A DNA stretch of 64,000 bases, from the NCBI RefSeq assembly GCF_006345805.1, contig NC_043015.1, forward strand, positions 50,902,001 to 50,966,000, given 5' to 3'. Both the position numbers and the translations under genes were made by a program. Below are positions 62,114 through 64,000 of this stretch, piece after piece (position 1 is the first letter of the stretch; each line of letters opens with the position of its first letter). The stretch comes from Octopus sinensis. Its lineage: Eukaryota. The notes beneath the pieces are model-generated. The model was given only the letters and a program-made list of their open reading frames with translations. It did not search any database and was not told the DNA's origin.

Positions 62114-63737
62114 AGCCCCCTCCTATTTATCATAGTCCTCCAGGCAATAACGGAGGAATTCAAGACAGGATGCCCTTGGGAGCTCCTCTATGCTGATGAC
62201 CTTGCTCTAATTGCTGAGTCGCTATCAGAACTGGGAAGTTTCAGGTGTGGAAACAAGGATTAGAATCGAAGGGCCTCAGAGTCAATCTAGCTAAAACCAA
62301 AGTCGTAATCAGTAGGAAGGTAGACAAATCACAAACACCTTCAGGTAGATGGCCCTGCTCGATCTGTAGAAAAGGTGTAGGTAGAAACTCTATAAGATGC
62401 ACCAAGTGTAAGCTATGGACACATAAGAGATGCAGCAATGTCAAAGGAAGACTAACTAGGAAGATGGTTTTTGTATGTGGCAGATGCTCAGGAACAATAA
62501 ACACTGAAAATGCTCTGAGACCAACTTCCGTCATTTCCAGGGAGAAAAACTAGAAATAGTTGATAGTTTCCGTTACCTAGGTGACCAAGTCAGCAGCGGG
62601 GGCGGGTGTGTGCTGAAAGTGTAACTGCTAGAGTAAGAATAGCTTGGGCAAAGTTCAGAGAGCTCTTACCTCTGCTGGTGACAAAAGGCCTCTCGCACAG
62701 AGTGAAAGGCAGACTGTATGATGCGTGTGTACGAACAGCCATGCTACATGGCAGTGAAACATGGGCCGTGACTGCTGAGGATATGCGTAAGCTCGCTAGA
62801 AATGAAGCCAGTATGCTCCGATGGATGTGTAATGCCGGTACTCACACTCGGCAGAGTGTAAGTACCTGAGAGAAAAGCTGGACCTAAGAAGCATCATTGT
62901 GGTGTGCAAGAGAGACGTTTGCGCTGGTATGGTCATTGTGGCGAGAATGGATGAAGATAGTTGTGTGAAAAAGTGCCACACCCTAGCGGTTGAGGGAACC
63001 TGTGGAAGAGGCAGACCCAGGAAAACCTGGGACGAGGTGGTGAAGCACGACCTTCGAACTTTAGGTCTCACTGAGGAAATGACTAGAGACCGAGACCTCT
63101 GGAAGTGTGCTGTGCGCGAGAAGACCCAGCAGGACAAGTGAGTCCACAAACCGTGGCCTTCTACATGGGATGGAGCCAGCCTACGTATGCATACCTTCCC
63201 TTCTTGGGACACACAAAGCTCTACTTGTGAAGACGTGTTGAGGCAAGTGAGGATCAGAATCGAAATCGATCAATGGAAATTGCGGATGTGCTACCAGTGC
63301 CGGTGGCATGTCGAAACTCTGCTTGTGAAGACCATTGAGGCAAGTGAGGATCAGAATCGAAATCGATCAATGGAAATTGCAGATGTGTTACCAGTGCCGG
63401 TGGCATGTAAGAGAACTTTCCGTTTCGCGACCGTTGCCAGCACCGCCCCGTTTCGTGTCCGTTGCCAGCCTCGCCTGGCCCTCGTGCCGGTGGCACATAA
63501 AAAGCACCATCCGTTCGTGGCCGTTTGCCAGCTCTGTCTGGCACCAGTGCGGGTGGCACGTAAAAAGCACCCACTACACTCACGGAGTGGTTGGCGTTAG
63601 GAAGGGCATCCAGCCGTAGAAACACTGCCAGATTGACTGGGCCTGATGAAGCCTTCTGGCTTCACAGACCCCAGTAGAACCGTCCAACCCATGCTAGCAT
63701 GGAAAACGGACGCTAAATGATGATGATGATGATGATG
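62114..63737 (+). mobile_element. RTE-clade LINE, 5'-truncated, frameshifted ORF2 (RT C-half)
   Basis: SPLLFII...PWELLYADDL (YADD 62189-62200), [28 protein letters not shown]. Stop near 63141, long 3'UTR and (GAT)n tail. Confidence 0.93.
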
Positions 63738-64000
63738 AAGGCAGTGAGCTGGCAGGACCATTAGCACGCTGGGCAAAATGCTTAGCGATATTTTGTTTGA
63801 GGCTATGTTCTGAGTTCAAATTTCGCTGAGGTCGACTTTGCCTTTTATTCTTTCGGGATCGATAAATTAAGTACCAGTTGCCTACTGGGGTCCTCTGGCA
63901 CCTCCCCCAAAATTTTGGGGCTTGTGCCTAAAGTAGAAAAGAATATTTGTACACTGGAGAAATAAAATTCAAAACACATAATTTTTATGGGGTTAAAAAG

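Noticed and set aside
59370-64000. Next IFT80 exon (expected GKFHLISK.GRVEK), including ORF 61122-61379
   Set aside because: No matching peptide was found by eye in any frame, so the exon probably lies beyond the window.

Overview
AT-rich, microsatellite-dense eukaryotic genomic DNA, most likely an octopus (inferred from the tRNA-derived SINE families and RTE/CR1 LINE remnants). Almost none of the listed ORFs are genes. Three real genes can be reconstructed by hand from short exons whose splice phases all join in frame. (1) The 3' two-thirds of a zeta-tubulin (eta/'cryptic' tubulin) gene on +, 8 exons, 1403-20115. (2) A near-complete CXorf58-like gene on -, 8 coding exons, 47619-29583, plus candidate 5' exons at 51166-51059 and near 54294. 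(3) The first two coding exons of IFT80 on +, 57257-59369. Zeta-tubulin and IFT80 each carry a minor-spliceosome (U12) AT-AC intron with diagnostic ATATCCTT donors and CCTTAAY branch sites (9910-13967 and 57294-59147). CXorf58-like and IFT80 are head-to-head around a perfect RFX X-box (GTCTCTATAGCAAC, 54318-54331), which suggests a small co-regulated cilium/basal-body gene neighbourhood. The rest is SINEs, LINE fragments (RTE, CR1-group, Tx1, HERO-like), MITEs (Tc1/mariner, Tigger, piggyBac, unassigned), two tRNA-Asp(GTC) pseudogenes, several long intronic hairpins, Penelope-type hammerhead-like motifs, a near-identical 1.06-kb tandem duplication and simple repeats. Family assignments come from recalled protein and repeat motifs, not database searches.
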